Source: an uncultured bacterium
GTDB taxonomy: Bacteria; CSSED10-310; CAZUFC01
Length of the DNA stretch: 64,000 bases
Direction: 5' to 3'
NCBI GenBank assembly: GCA_964619725.1
Contig: CAZUFC010000027.1
Coordinates: forward strand, 1-64,000
The position numbers and the translations under genes were made by a program. Below the pieces are notes generated by a model. The model saw only the letters and a list, made by a program, of their open reading frames with translations, searched no databases and was not told where the DNA came from. Numbering within the stretch: the first letter of the stretch is position 1; every line of letters begins with the position of its first letter. Positions 31,161-40,200 of the stretch are shown here, piece by piece.

Positions 31161-31328
31161 GTTAATATCCCTGAAGCCTTCTCCCTTGTATGTCCCATTC
31201 ATAACGAGCACCGTATCTCCATCCTCAGCAGCGTCTATTCCAGACTGGATGTCAGGAAATTCATCAGGAACCGTTAATACTGAACCGCAGACGTCTGAAC
31301 AGGAGACTAAAATATAAAGGAACAGGTT
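31158..31328 (-). pseudogene. Near-N-terminal fragment of a beta-helix surface protein
   Basis: Translates NLFLYILVSCSDVCGSVLTVPDEFPDIQSGIDAAEDGDTVLVMNGTYKGEGFRDIN*, homologous to the N-terminus of 21492-22850; no start codon. Confidence 0.75.
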
Positions 31329-31331
31329 CTA

Positions 31332-31416
31332 TATGCAGGGGTCAGAGCCCGGTGTGGAGCCCGGCGTGAAGCCCTATGCAGGGGTCAGAGCCCGGTGTGG
31401 AGCCCGGCGTGAAGCC
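31332..31416 (+). repeat. Direct tandem duplication of a 43-bp unit containing the REP-like motif (31338, 31381)
   Basis: tatgcaggggtcagagcccggtgtggagcccggcgtgaagcc occurs twice. Confidence 0.9.
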
Positions 31417-31526
31417 TAAGGATTCGATATCCGGCAGGGATGAGAATTTTACTTGCAAAAGCGGCGGCTTATTATGTATTGTTTCATGTTAGCTGTTCGA
31501 TTTTTGCGGAAAGGAGTCGAGGTTTT

Positions 31527-33872
31527 ATGATACATGAAGATTTTTACAAGCTGGATGAAAAATGCGACAAATTTCTGGTGACTTGCGCTTTGCCCTACGT
31601 CAATAATGTTCCTCACTTGGGCAACCTCGTCCCCATCTTATCGGCGGACGTTTACACGAGATATTTGAAGTTGACGGGCATTCCTGCGATCTACATATGT
31701 GCTACTGACGAGCATGGAACTCGTACAGAAATGGAATCGAAGAAAAGGAACATGACGCCTGAGGAGTATTGTCGTTTGATGCACGATAGGATAAAGAAGA
31801 TTTTCGAATGGTTCGGCGTCGAATTTACCTATTTTGGGAGAACGTCCAGCGAGTCGAATCATGAAATAACTCGGGATATTTTCCTTCATTTGGATAAGAA
31901 CGGGTATATCTTTGAGGATAAAATCGAGCAGTTATATTGCGAGACATGCGGGCATTTTTTACCGGATACTTTTGTGCTTGGAACCTGTCCCCATTGTAAT
32001 AATCCTGAATCGAAAGGCGATCAATGCGACGTATGCGGCCGGTTTTTGGAGTCTGTAGAACTGTTGAATCCGAGGTGCAAGATTTGCGGAACACCTGCGA
32101 TTATAAAGGAAAGCCGGCATTTATTTCTGGATTTGCCCAAACTCGGTCCGCTGGTCAGGGACTGGGTAAAGAGCCGTGAATTCTGGAAGGGGTATCAGAT
32201 ATACAATTTACCGCTGGCCTGGATAAAAGAAGGATTAAAACCCCGTTGCATAACCCGTGATCTGTCCTGGGGAGTCAGAACCCCGAAAAAGGGATATGAA
32301 GATAAAGTATTTTACGTGTGGTTTGACGCTCCGATAGGATATGCTGCAGCGACTTACGACTGGGCCAGGGAAAACGACCAGGATTTTAAAACGTGGTGGA
32401 AACATGACCAGTCAAAGATCATTCATTTCATGGGCAAAGATAATGTCCCTTTCCATACTATAATGTGGCCTTCATCGTTGCTGGGCGCTGATGATCATTG
32501 GACATTGCCCTATTTCATCGCTTCAAACGAATATCTCAATTATGAACACGGGCAGTTTTCCAAGAGCAGGGGAGCCGGCATCTTTTCAGATGATGTGACG
32601 GCGCTTGAATTTCCGGCTGATTTCTGGCGCTTTTATTTGATGGCTTACAGACCGGAAAAAACTGATACTGATTTTCTGTGGAAGGACTTTCTGCACGCCG
32701 TTAATACGGATTTGATCGGAAATATATTCAATTTCGTGCATCGAGTGCTGAGTTTTACTCATAAAAATTTCGGAGAAATACCTCGCCGCGGCCAATTGAG
32801 CGATGAAGAAAGGGAGATGCTCGCGACGATTTCGGAAAAAGAAAATGAAATAAGCGAAGCGTACGGGGATTTTCTTTTTCGAGCTGCGGTCAGAAGCATA
32901 CTGGATATGTCGGATATAGGCAACAGGTTCTTTCAGCACAGCGAGCCATGGAAAGTAATTAAAGAGGATCGCAGCAGAACAGGCGCTATATGTCATGTCG
33001 CCCTGGAGATAATAGCCAGACTGATGCATTGGTGCTCGCCGATGATTCCCGATGCCGCCGATAAAGTTTCACGATATCTTTCGCTGGACCAGGAAATGAA
33101 GCTGGTTGAAGGCGCTGTTTTGAGTAAACCTAAGCCGGTTTATCCGCGTTTGGAAGAAGAGAGAATACAAGAGCTGGCAGAGATGTTCAGGGGAAAATCG
33201 GAAGAAAGAAAAGAATCTTTTCCCCCCATAACTTTCAAAAAAGAAGATGCTGTTGCTTACGATTGCGTGATCCTGGAATTCAAGAATCTCGATATAAAAA
33301 AGAAAAATCCGGAACTGGAACAATTGAAAAAACAGGTCTACAGTGAAATAAAGCCGGATAGCCTCCAAAACAGCGATTATGTCAAAGGTTACGATTCGCT
33401 GCTGGGGAAACAGGACCGCGGCAAACGCTCATCAGTCACCAACCTGATCGATATTTTCAGAAAAAATCAGAGAATACCGAACTTCAACGTCATGGTGGAT
33501 GCCTACAACTTGATGTCGCTGAAATACGGCGTCGTCATGGGCGCTTACGAAAGAAGAACCATTAAAGGCAATTTGATCTATAAAGTCGCCGACGGCTCTG
33601 AACATTTTATCCCCGTCGCAAGCGGTCAGAAAGAAAAAGTGTACGAAGGCGAGTGGGTGATCGCTGATGAAACGGGTATGGTGGTTACGCGTATTCTGTC
33701 CAAGCAATCGGAAGCGGTCGCCATCACCATGAATACCCGCTCTGCCGTTATGTGCATCCAGGGGAATCCGTGTATTCCCTTGGATGAGCTTAACAGAATA
33801 GCTGTGGAGACGGCGGGTTTGATTCAGGAATTTTGCGGGGGCGGATACCGGGTCGTCTATCCGGAAAAATAG
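31527..33872 (+). CDS. metG: Methionine--tRNA ligase with a C-terminal B3/4-like domain
   Basis: TCALPYVNNVPHLGN (HIGH), TDEHG, four CxxC zinc-knuckle motifs, ITRDLSWG, YVWFDA, GKDN..FH, QFSKS. ATG at 31527 follows an RBS. Confidence 0.93.
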   Translation: MIHEDFYKLDEKCDKFLVTCALPYVNNVPHLGNLVPILSADVYTRYLKLTGIPAIYICATDEHGTRTEMESKKRNMTPEEYCRLMHDRIKKIFEWFGVEFTYFGRTSSESNHEITRDIFLHLDKNGYIFEDKIEQLYCETCGHFLPDTFVLGTCPHCNNPESKGDQCDVCGRFLESVELLNPRCKICGTPAIIKESRHLFLDLPKLGPLVRDWVKSREFWKGYQIYNLPLAWIKEGLKPRCITRDLSWGVRTPKKGYEDKVFYVWFDAPIGYAAATYDWARENDQDFKTWWKHDQSKIIHFMGKDNVPFHTIMWPSSLLGADDHWTLPYFIASNEYLNYEHGQFSKSRGAGIFSDDVTALEFPADFWRFYLMAYRPEKTDTDFLWKDFLHAVNTDLIGNIFNFVHRVLSFTHKNFGEIPRRGQLSDEEREMLATISEKENEISEAYGDFLFRAAVRSILDMSDIGNRFFQHSEPWKVIKEDRSRTGAICHVALEIIARLMHWCSPMIPDAADKVSRYLSLDQEMKLVEGAVLSKPKPVYPRLEEERIQELAEMFRGKSEERKESFPPITFKKEDAVAYDCVILEFKNLDIKKKNPELEQLKKQVYSEIKPDSLQNSDYVKGYDSLLGKQDRGKRSSVTNLIDIFRKNQRIPNFNVMVDAYNLMSLKYGVVMGAYERRTIKGNLIYKVADGSEHFIPVASGQKEKVYEGEWVIADETGMVVTRILSKQSEAVAITMNTRSAVMCIQGNPCIPLDELNRIAVETAGLIQEFCGGGYRVVYPEK

Positions 33873-33909
33873 GAAAATTCGGCAAAAAAAGAAATTTTAG
33901 GAATAAGTA

Positions 33910-33938
33910 TTGACATTTCAGAAATTGTATGTTATCAA
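33910..33938 (+). promoter_or_regulatory. Putative sigma70 promoter
   Basis: TTGACA-N17-TATCAA with a TGn extension, preceded by an A/T-rich tract. Confidence 0.55.
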
Positions 33939-33949
33939 TGAGCTGTTGA

Positions 33950-34100
33950 ATGTTCACTTGGGGTGAACGGGGTGTGGGAAACTCAACAGTATCGTTTTGA
34001 GTAAACCGGGAACAGGAAAATACGGATAAAAAGTGATCCGCAGAGATGCACTCCCTGAGACGCATCTGCGTTTGACATTTCTGCGGCGGGTTCCAGGTTT
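33950..34100 (+). promoter_or_regulatory. Structured 5' leader (candidate cis-regulatory RNA)
   Basis: Several nested and alternative stems (see findings); matches no family I recognise. Confidence 0.4.
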
Positions 34101-34147
34101 ATCTAATCATCTAGTTTCAAAAGACAAATTAAGTAAGGAGGACCGAT

Positions 34148-34330
34148 ATGGCCGAAAAGTTGGCGCAGTTCTATGAAGAAGCGAAGAAATTGGGAGGACT
34201 GAAGGCCCAGATGCGTCTAGCGGTAAAAACTGGCGTGACGTCTACGAAAGCGCCTCAGGTACCTGATGCACCGGAGACGATAGCGAAATTTGAAAGCGCT
34301 ATGAACGAGATACGGAAGGAATTTTCGTAA
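34148..34330 (+). CDS. Small 60-aa helical hypothetical protein
   Basis: Strong TAAGGAGG RBS, first gene of a tight cluster, amphipathic helical sequence. Confidence 0.8.
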   Translation: MAEKLAQFYEEAKKLGGLKAQMRLAVKTGVTSTKAPQVPDAPETIAKFESAMNEIRKEFS

Positions 34331-34346
34331 GAAGGGGGTATGTTAA

Positions 34347-34874
34347 ATGACGATATTTAAGAAGGATGAACTAGTTTTAGATCACGTATTTGATCGAAAG
34401 ACTAACAGGCATTACCTGAACGGGATGTTGAGCGTATTTCATTGTCATCATTATGCGACGTTATACACGCAGTTGGCGATGGATGCGGAGGAGACGGAAT
34501 TATTGATCGACACGTCTGAAGACGTTTTTTTTGACATGTTGAAGAATTATTTTGAGACGCATGATGTAGATTCAATCACGAAAAGAATAGATTTCGCTTG
34601 CGAATATTACGCTGCGCTTGGATTGGGAAAGATGAACGTGAGTTATGCGGGCGACGATTCCGGCCAGGTTGAGATAACGGCATCGCATTTAGATCAGGGA
34701 TGGATAAAGAAGTGGGGTAAGCATGATGCGCCGGTCAATTATGTTGGTGCAGGCTACATCAACGCCATGTTTTCAGCAGTTTTCGACAAACCGAAGAAGT
34801 CATTTATGGCGACGGAGATACAGAGCATAGTAAAGGGCGCTGAAAGTTCTAAATTTAACGTGGTGGGGAGGTAA
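34347..34874 (+). CDS. V4R (4-vinyl reductase)-like protein
   Basis: YAALGLGK, AGYINAMFSAVF and E.QSIVKG..SSKF follow the V4R pattern; HCHHY motif. Confidence 0.65.
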   Translation: MTIFKKDELVLDHVFDRKTNRHYLNGMLSVFHCHHYATLYTQLAMDAEETELLIDTSEDVFFDMLKNYFETHDVDSITKRIDFACEYYAALGLGKMNVSYAGDDSGQVEITASHLDQGWIKKWGKHDAPVNYVGAGYINAMFSAVFDKPKKSFMATEIQSIVKGAESSKFNVVGR

Positions 34875-35485
34875 TGATGGCGATAGACAGAAATAAAGTA
34901 ATTGATGAAATGTCGAAGATACAGATATGCGGAGATGAGAACGGGATAATCGATGCGTTTAACGTATTGGTGACGCAATTGCCGGCCAGGTTCTGGAATA
35001 CGTTTGCGGACAGACTGACTCATAAGACGTCTCCCGAAATGCGGGAAGCCACGGAGTATCTGCTTTACAATGCGGCCCATGAATGCGGTTATCACACGGG
35101 TTACGGAATCATCACATCGGAAGAATGGAAAGCGATAGTCGGTCCGATGGTTGAGAAGGTACCCGATGACATTCTGCATGGAGCATTTGCCGTATTTACG
35201 GCCTGGGGCTGGGCTAATGCCGAGGTTGTTGAACTGGTACCCGGAGAAAAAATGGTTGTACGATCGTACGATTATTATGAAGCCGACGTGGTGAAGTACG
35301 GAAGTTCGAGCAAGTTGAGCGCGTATATGATTGCTGGAGTTTCAGCAGCTTTTATGGAGCTTGCTTACGCTGGCGATTACGATCCGAAAGGGGCTCCGAT
35401 CGGAACGTACGTATGCAAGCAGGTCAAAGGAATCGAATGCGGCGATCCTTATGGAGAGTTTATCGTAACGAAAGCCGAAGGATAG
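34874..35485 (+). CDS. V4R-like protein
   Basis: AWGWANAEV, MIAGVSAAFMEL, CKQVKGIECGDPYGEFIV; TAATG coupling to the previous gene. Confidence 0.7.
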   Translation: MMAIDRNKVIDEMSKIQICGDENGIIDAFNVLVTQLPARFWNTFADRLTHKTSPEMREATEYLLYNAAHECGYHTGYGIITSEEWKAIVGPMVEKVPDDILHGAFAVFTAWGWANAEVVELVPGEKMVVRSYDYYEADVVKYGSSSKLSAYMIAGVSAAFMELAYAGDYDPKGAPIGTYVCKQVKGIECGDPYGEFIVTKAEG

Positions 35486-35492
35486 AAAATAT

Positions 35493-35542
35493 TCCGGGGC
35501 ATGCGAAGCGAAGGGCGATTTTCGAGCGCTGCATGCCCCGGA
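35493..35542. terminator. Stem-loop after the V4R genes (no U-tract; terminator or processing/stability hairpin)
   Basis: TCCGGGGCATGC / GCATGCCCCGGA, a 12-bp perfect stem. Confidence 0.5.
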
Positions 35543-35688
35543 TTAAGTGGCGCGGATAAAGGTCCGGCGCTGCAATAAACATAAAGCGCATAATTACAGA
35601 AAAGAGATTAAGCGCCGTCGTTTTTTTCGTCGTTACGATTCGATTGCCGTTATAAAATTATCTTAAAAGGGGACAGCATTAAAAAGGA

Positions 35689-36840
35689 ATGATTTATTTA
35701 AACAATGCAGCAACAAGTTATCCCAAGCCTGAAAGAGTCATAAAAGCGGTGAAGGAGTGCATAGAGCATCCAATGTTCCATGCATCCAGGACCGGTTATG
35801 AAAATCAGAAAAAGGACACGGTCAGTTTATGCCGTCAGGCGCTGGCTGATTTGTTCAATATACGCGACAGCGACAGGATAGTATTCACATCATGTTCAAC
35901 GGAATCATTAAACCTGGCGTTAAACGGACTTCAAATGGACGGTGGGCATGCGGTAACGACGACGATAGAGCACAATTCAGTCCTGCGGCCTTTAAAGACG
36001 ATGGAAAGAGAGGGACGTATTCGTTTGTCCATAGTAGACTGCAAGGGACAGGGAGATGTGGACGTAGAGGAAGTAGCCGCTCAGATAGGACCTGACACCA
36101 GAGCTGTGGTGGTCAATCATTGCTCCAATGTTACGGGAGCGGTTACGGACATAAAAACGCTGGGGAATATCGTCTCGGAAAAGCGTATCCCATATGTGGT
36201 AGACGTATCTCAGAGTGCCGGGGCCATGAGTGTAGACGTCGAAGAGTGCCGGATAGACCTTTTGGCATTCACTGGACACAAATCTCTTTATGGAATGCCG
36301 GGAATAGGCGGATTGTATATTCGCGAGAACATTGATTTAAGACCGTTAAAAATAGGCGGCACGGGGGTAAGAAGCGACTACCTGTTTCAGCCTGAATCGA
36401 TGCCCATGTATTATGAGGCGGGAACGCCCAACATGCCGGGCATTATTTCATTGCTGGAAGGGGTTTCATTCGTTCTGGAGACCGGCGTCCAAAGAATATT
36501 GGAGCACAAGCAACGATGCGTGAAAAAAATTATAGAGGCTTTTGAAAAGAACGAAAAAATTGAATTTTATGCTGCCGGTAACGGCAACTCATCTTATCCA
36601 ACGCTGCTTTCCTTCAATGTAAAAGGCATGAATCCCGCGGACGTCGGATACATGCTGGAAAATTCTTTTGAAATTGCCGTTCGTTCGGGTTTGCATTGCG
36701 CGCCTCTTATTCACAAAGCAGTAGGCTCTTTTCCTGACGGCTCTGTGCGGGTCAGTCCTTCATTTTTCACTACCGATCAGGAATTGGAATATTTTTTAGA
36801 ATCGATCGAAACCATCTGTGAAGCCGGCGATGCGTTATGA
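35689..36840 (+). CDS. Aminotransferase class V, cysteine desulfurase family
   Basis: IYLNNAATSYPKP, EHNSVLRP, FTGHK (PLP Lys), EAGTPN, RSGLHCAP (catalytic Cys). Confidence 0.9.
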   Translation: MIYLNNAATSYPKPERVIKAVKECIEHPMFHASRTGYENQKKDTVSLCRQALADLFNIRDSDRIVFTSCSTESLNLALNGLQMDGGHAVTTTIEHNSVLRPLKTMEREGRIRLSIVDCKGQGDVDVEEVAAQIGPDTRAVVVNHCSNVTGAVTDIKTLGNIVSEKRIPYVVDVSQSAGAMSVDVEECRIDLLAFTGHKSLYGMPGIGGLYIRENIDLRPLKIGGTGVRSDYLFQPESMPMYYEAGTPNMPGIISLLEGVSFVLETGVQRILEHKQRCVKKIIEAFEKNEKIEFYAAGNGNSSYPTLLSFNVKGMNPADVGYMLENSFEIAVRSGLHCAPLIHKAVGSFPDGSVRVSPSFFTTDQELEYFLESIETICEAGDAL

Positions 36841-37175
36841 GAATCGTTAATGTCAGGCACATTGAGGATTGTTTTGACGGTTCATTTATAAAAGAGATAC
36901 TTTTCGATTCAATCATAACGAAAGAGTTCATCTTTTTTCTTGGTGAAGAGGGCGAGCTTCAATATTTAGGGAAACTCAAGAAACCGTTCTTCAAGATACG
37001 AGTGAAAGGGAAATATGAATTTAAAGGCGTTCAGGGGAACAGAACGATAAGGATAATTTTAAAGAATAATCCCGAAAATTCGCTGAAAGAATTTCAAGAT
37101 AGAATAAAAGAATTTAGGGCAAGGGAGAGCGACCGGGGATATCACGAATCTTTGAAAGAGGCGAGTTGCGGATAA
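36837..37175 (+). CDS. Hypothetical protein (EDCFDGS motif)
   Basis: ATGA overlap with the desulfurase gene; ends at a terminator. Confidence 0.75.
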   Translation: MRIVNVRHIEDCFDGSFIKEILFDSIITKEFIFFLGEEGELQYLGKLKKPFFKIRVKGKYEFKGVQGNRTIRIILKNNPENSLKEFQDRIKEFRARESDRGYHESLKEASCG

Positions 37176-37235
37176 AAAAACGGCCTTTCAGTCTGTTGAA
37201 GCGATCATGTTGAAACAGTCTGAAAGGCCGTTTTT
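37176..37235. terminator. Bidirectional intrinsic terminator
   Basis: AAAAACGGCCTTTCAG...CTGAAAGGCCGTTTTT between convergent genes. Confidence 0.85.
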
Positions 37236-37247
37236 CCTGTTTAAGAA

Positions 37248-40200
37248 TTAAAATTTATTTTTTCTGATATAGGCCAGGAAAGCAACAGTGAGCGACAGCA
37301 GGAGGCTCAAAATGCCGACTGAACCGAGAGCGGGTATAGGCGCTGGAGTCGGCTGGACAGTTGGGGCGGCCGTCATTTCCGGAGTATAGCTGGGAGTTGC
37401 TGTAGGGGTATTCGTAGGAATTTCCGTAGGAATTTCAGTGGGTATTTCTGTCGGAATTTCGGTTGGGACTTGAGTGGGTATATCTGTAGGAATTGCGGTG
37501 GGCGCTTGAGTAGGAATATCGGTAGGGAATGGCGTAGGGATGGGAGTAGGCGGTTGATCGTTGTAATGGAAGCCGATATCGACAGTTCCGTCGTCGTCAA
37601 CGATATCGGTTCTGGTATTCAGTTCGCTGAGATAGATGCCGAGGACCTGGAGGTTTGCGGCTAGGTCGCTGCCGGCGTCGACGCATGGGCTGTCCTGAGA
37701 TTGACCGGCTGCTATTTGGCTGAGATAGTTATTTCCGCTGGGACCTGATGTAAAAAGCGGGTCAGCAGCGATGTCATTGGGTCCGGCCGTGCATCCGAAA
37801 TAATCCTGATTGTTATTCCACAAGCAATTGTAATCGATGGTGGGGTCTTTTGAGGAGTCGCCGGAGGCGTATCCTGTACTGATGAGTATTCCGATATTGG
37901 TTTGAGAAGCAATGATATTGTCTTTAATAACAGGTGAGGGATCGTATCCCAACAGATAGATGCCGTCGGAAGAATCCGCCAGCGTATTGTTTGTAATAAG
38001 AGGTTCCATGGAAAATTCGCCGTTGTTTTGAATTTTGACGCTTTGTTCGGCGACACCGGTAATCAGGTTATTGGATATTACGCTTGTACATGTGCTTCCT
38101 GCGTCGATATCGATACCTCGCTGAGTATTCTTGATTATGTTATGGGCGAAGGTTCCTTCAGCGCCGGTTGAGTAATCGGCATTCAGGAAAATGCCCATGG
38201 TTTCGCCGATGTCAGCGGCATCGATGATGTTATCGGAAATGATGGGATTGGTGGTTTGCTTTGAGTCTTCCCGTTTATTGACGGGTTGCTGTGACCGCAG
38301 GTAAATTCCGCTGTCCATAATATTGCGGCTTATGGTCGGAATTAACTGATCGCTTGTGTTGACGCCTATGCCGTATTCCGGTCCTCCGGAAATAATGTTA
38401 TCCGTTATCGTAGGGGCCGAAATGTCGTAATGCGGCATGAATAATTCTCCGCAAAAAATCCCGTACATCCCCGCTTTTGCGTTGTACTGAGGAGAGAACA
38501 TGCTGATTTCATTATTTGAGATGGTCGGAGTGACAGAACCACTCATTGCGGCAGCGAATACGCCGTTCTGTCTGGTTTTATCAATTTTATTATTTGAGAC
38601 GACGGCAACGTTTTCGGCGCCGTAACTGCCGATTACTATTCCTGTGGAGCTGTCGAGAATCACATTGGAAGTTATGGCGGAATTTAAATTTCCATCTCCC
38701 GTGCCGGCGGCGATTCCGACGTTCATAGCTCCGCCGAAATAGGGGCCGGTGATAGTATTGTCCGTAATTTGAGCTGAATTGTATCCATTCACGGAATATG
38801 TAAAAATTCCGCCCATGTAGGCGCTGTCGATGGTGTTTTGAGCAACGCTGCCGGTCACGTTTAAGGTGTCGGACCAGCAGTAAACTCCGGCAACCACGTT
38901 GCTCAGATCATTCTGCGTAACGGATAAATTCATCGTGTTCTGTTTAGGATCGTCGGCTGAAGCGGGAGAACCATATTCATAAACTGATATGCCGGTGTAG
39001 GAATCCATTATAACGTTATCGACGACGGATGGGGCCGTTTCGCCGTTGTAGACGACTGCTTGTACGCCGGCGCCGTATGCCCTGATTGAATTTCGGCTGA
39101 TTTCGGGATCATTGGCGCCGTAATAGGCAAAAGAAACCATGCCGGTGGAGGATTCCAGAATTGAATTATCGACGATAGTGGGCATTGAATTGCCTGCGTA
39201 GCTGTAGCCGCCTATTCCCAGGTCAAAGGCGGAAATAACGTTCTCACTGATGTACGATTCATTGTTGCAGAATTCAGAAACGGCAAGAATGCCTGTACTG
39301 CAGTTTAATAGTTTGTTGTCGACGATTGAAGGGGTGAATTCTGTATCTTTCGACACCTCTTCGGCGCTATCTCTGAGGAAAATGCCTGTCTCGGCGTTTA
39401 CAATCTCATTTTGCGAGATGCCGGAAGTCAGACTTCCGCTGACGGATGTCAGATAAATGCCCGTCCATTCGGCTGAAATTTTATTACCGACTATCGAACC
39501 TTCGACGTTTCCGTTAAGGGAGGAGCATGATATTCCCGATCCGCTTGCCGATTCAACCATATTGCCGGTTATGATCGGACTGGCTGAACTGTCGCCTCCA
39601 AACATTGATATTCCGTCATCATCAACAGCGAGCACGTTCTGAGAAACCACCGGTGATATTTCTCCATCATAGGCGCTCAAGAAAATGCCTGTGTTGGAAT
39701 CTATAATGAGGTTATCGATGACTGATGATGTGACGTTTCCGTTGGCATCTATGAAAATGCCGGTATCAGAATCGAATTCACTTCCGAAGATGGTGTTCTG
39801 ATTGAAGTCCATCGTTATATTTCCATTCTCGGCGGCGGTTCTTATTCCAAATCCGAAGTTGTCCCCGCTGAAAATCTCGTTTTGAGAAATTGTTCCGCCG
39901 ATGTCCGAGAATTCTGATTCACAATGGACTGCATAATTTCCTGAGTAAATAAAATTACGCGTTATGCTGGGATTGAACCCCTTTTTTTCCAGGCCGTAAC
40001 CGTTACGGATAATTATGCCGGGATCGCCGGAAGTAATGAAGTTGTCGGAAATAGTCGGATCGACGATATCGCCGCTGATGGACGCCATAAAAACACCCAT
40101 ATGCAAAGTATCGATATCATTATTGCTGCAGGTCGGCATCATGTATCCGTTATAGCCGTAGAAGTCAATTCCGCTGTTGTTTGAAGTGATAGTGTTGTAA

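Noticed and set aside
31332-31416. 43-bp repeats as a CRISPR array
   Set aside because: Two abutting units with no unique spacers and no cas genes; they belong to the REP-like family.
33950-34100. Known riboswitch (SAM, T-box, c-di-GMP) or tRNA
   Set aside because: I could not find their consensus motifs; kept only as an unknown structured leader.
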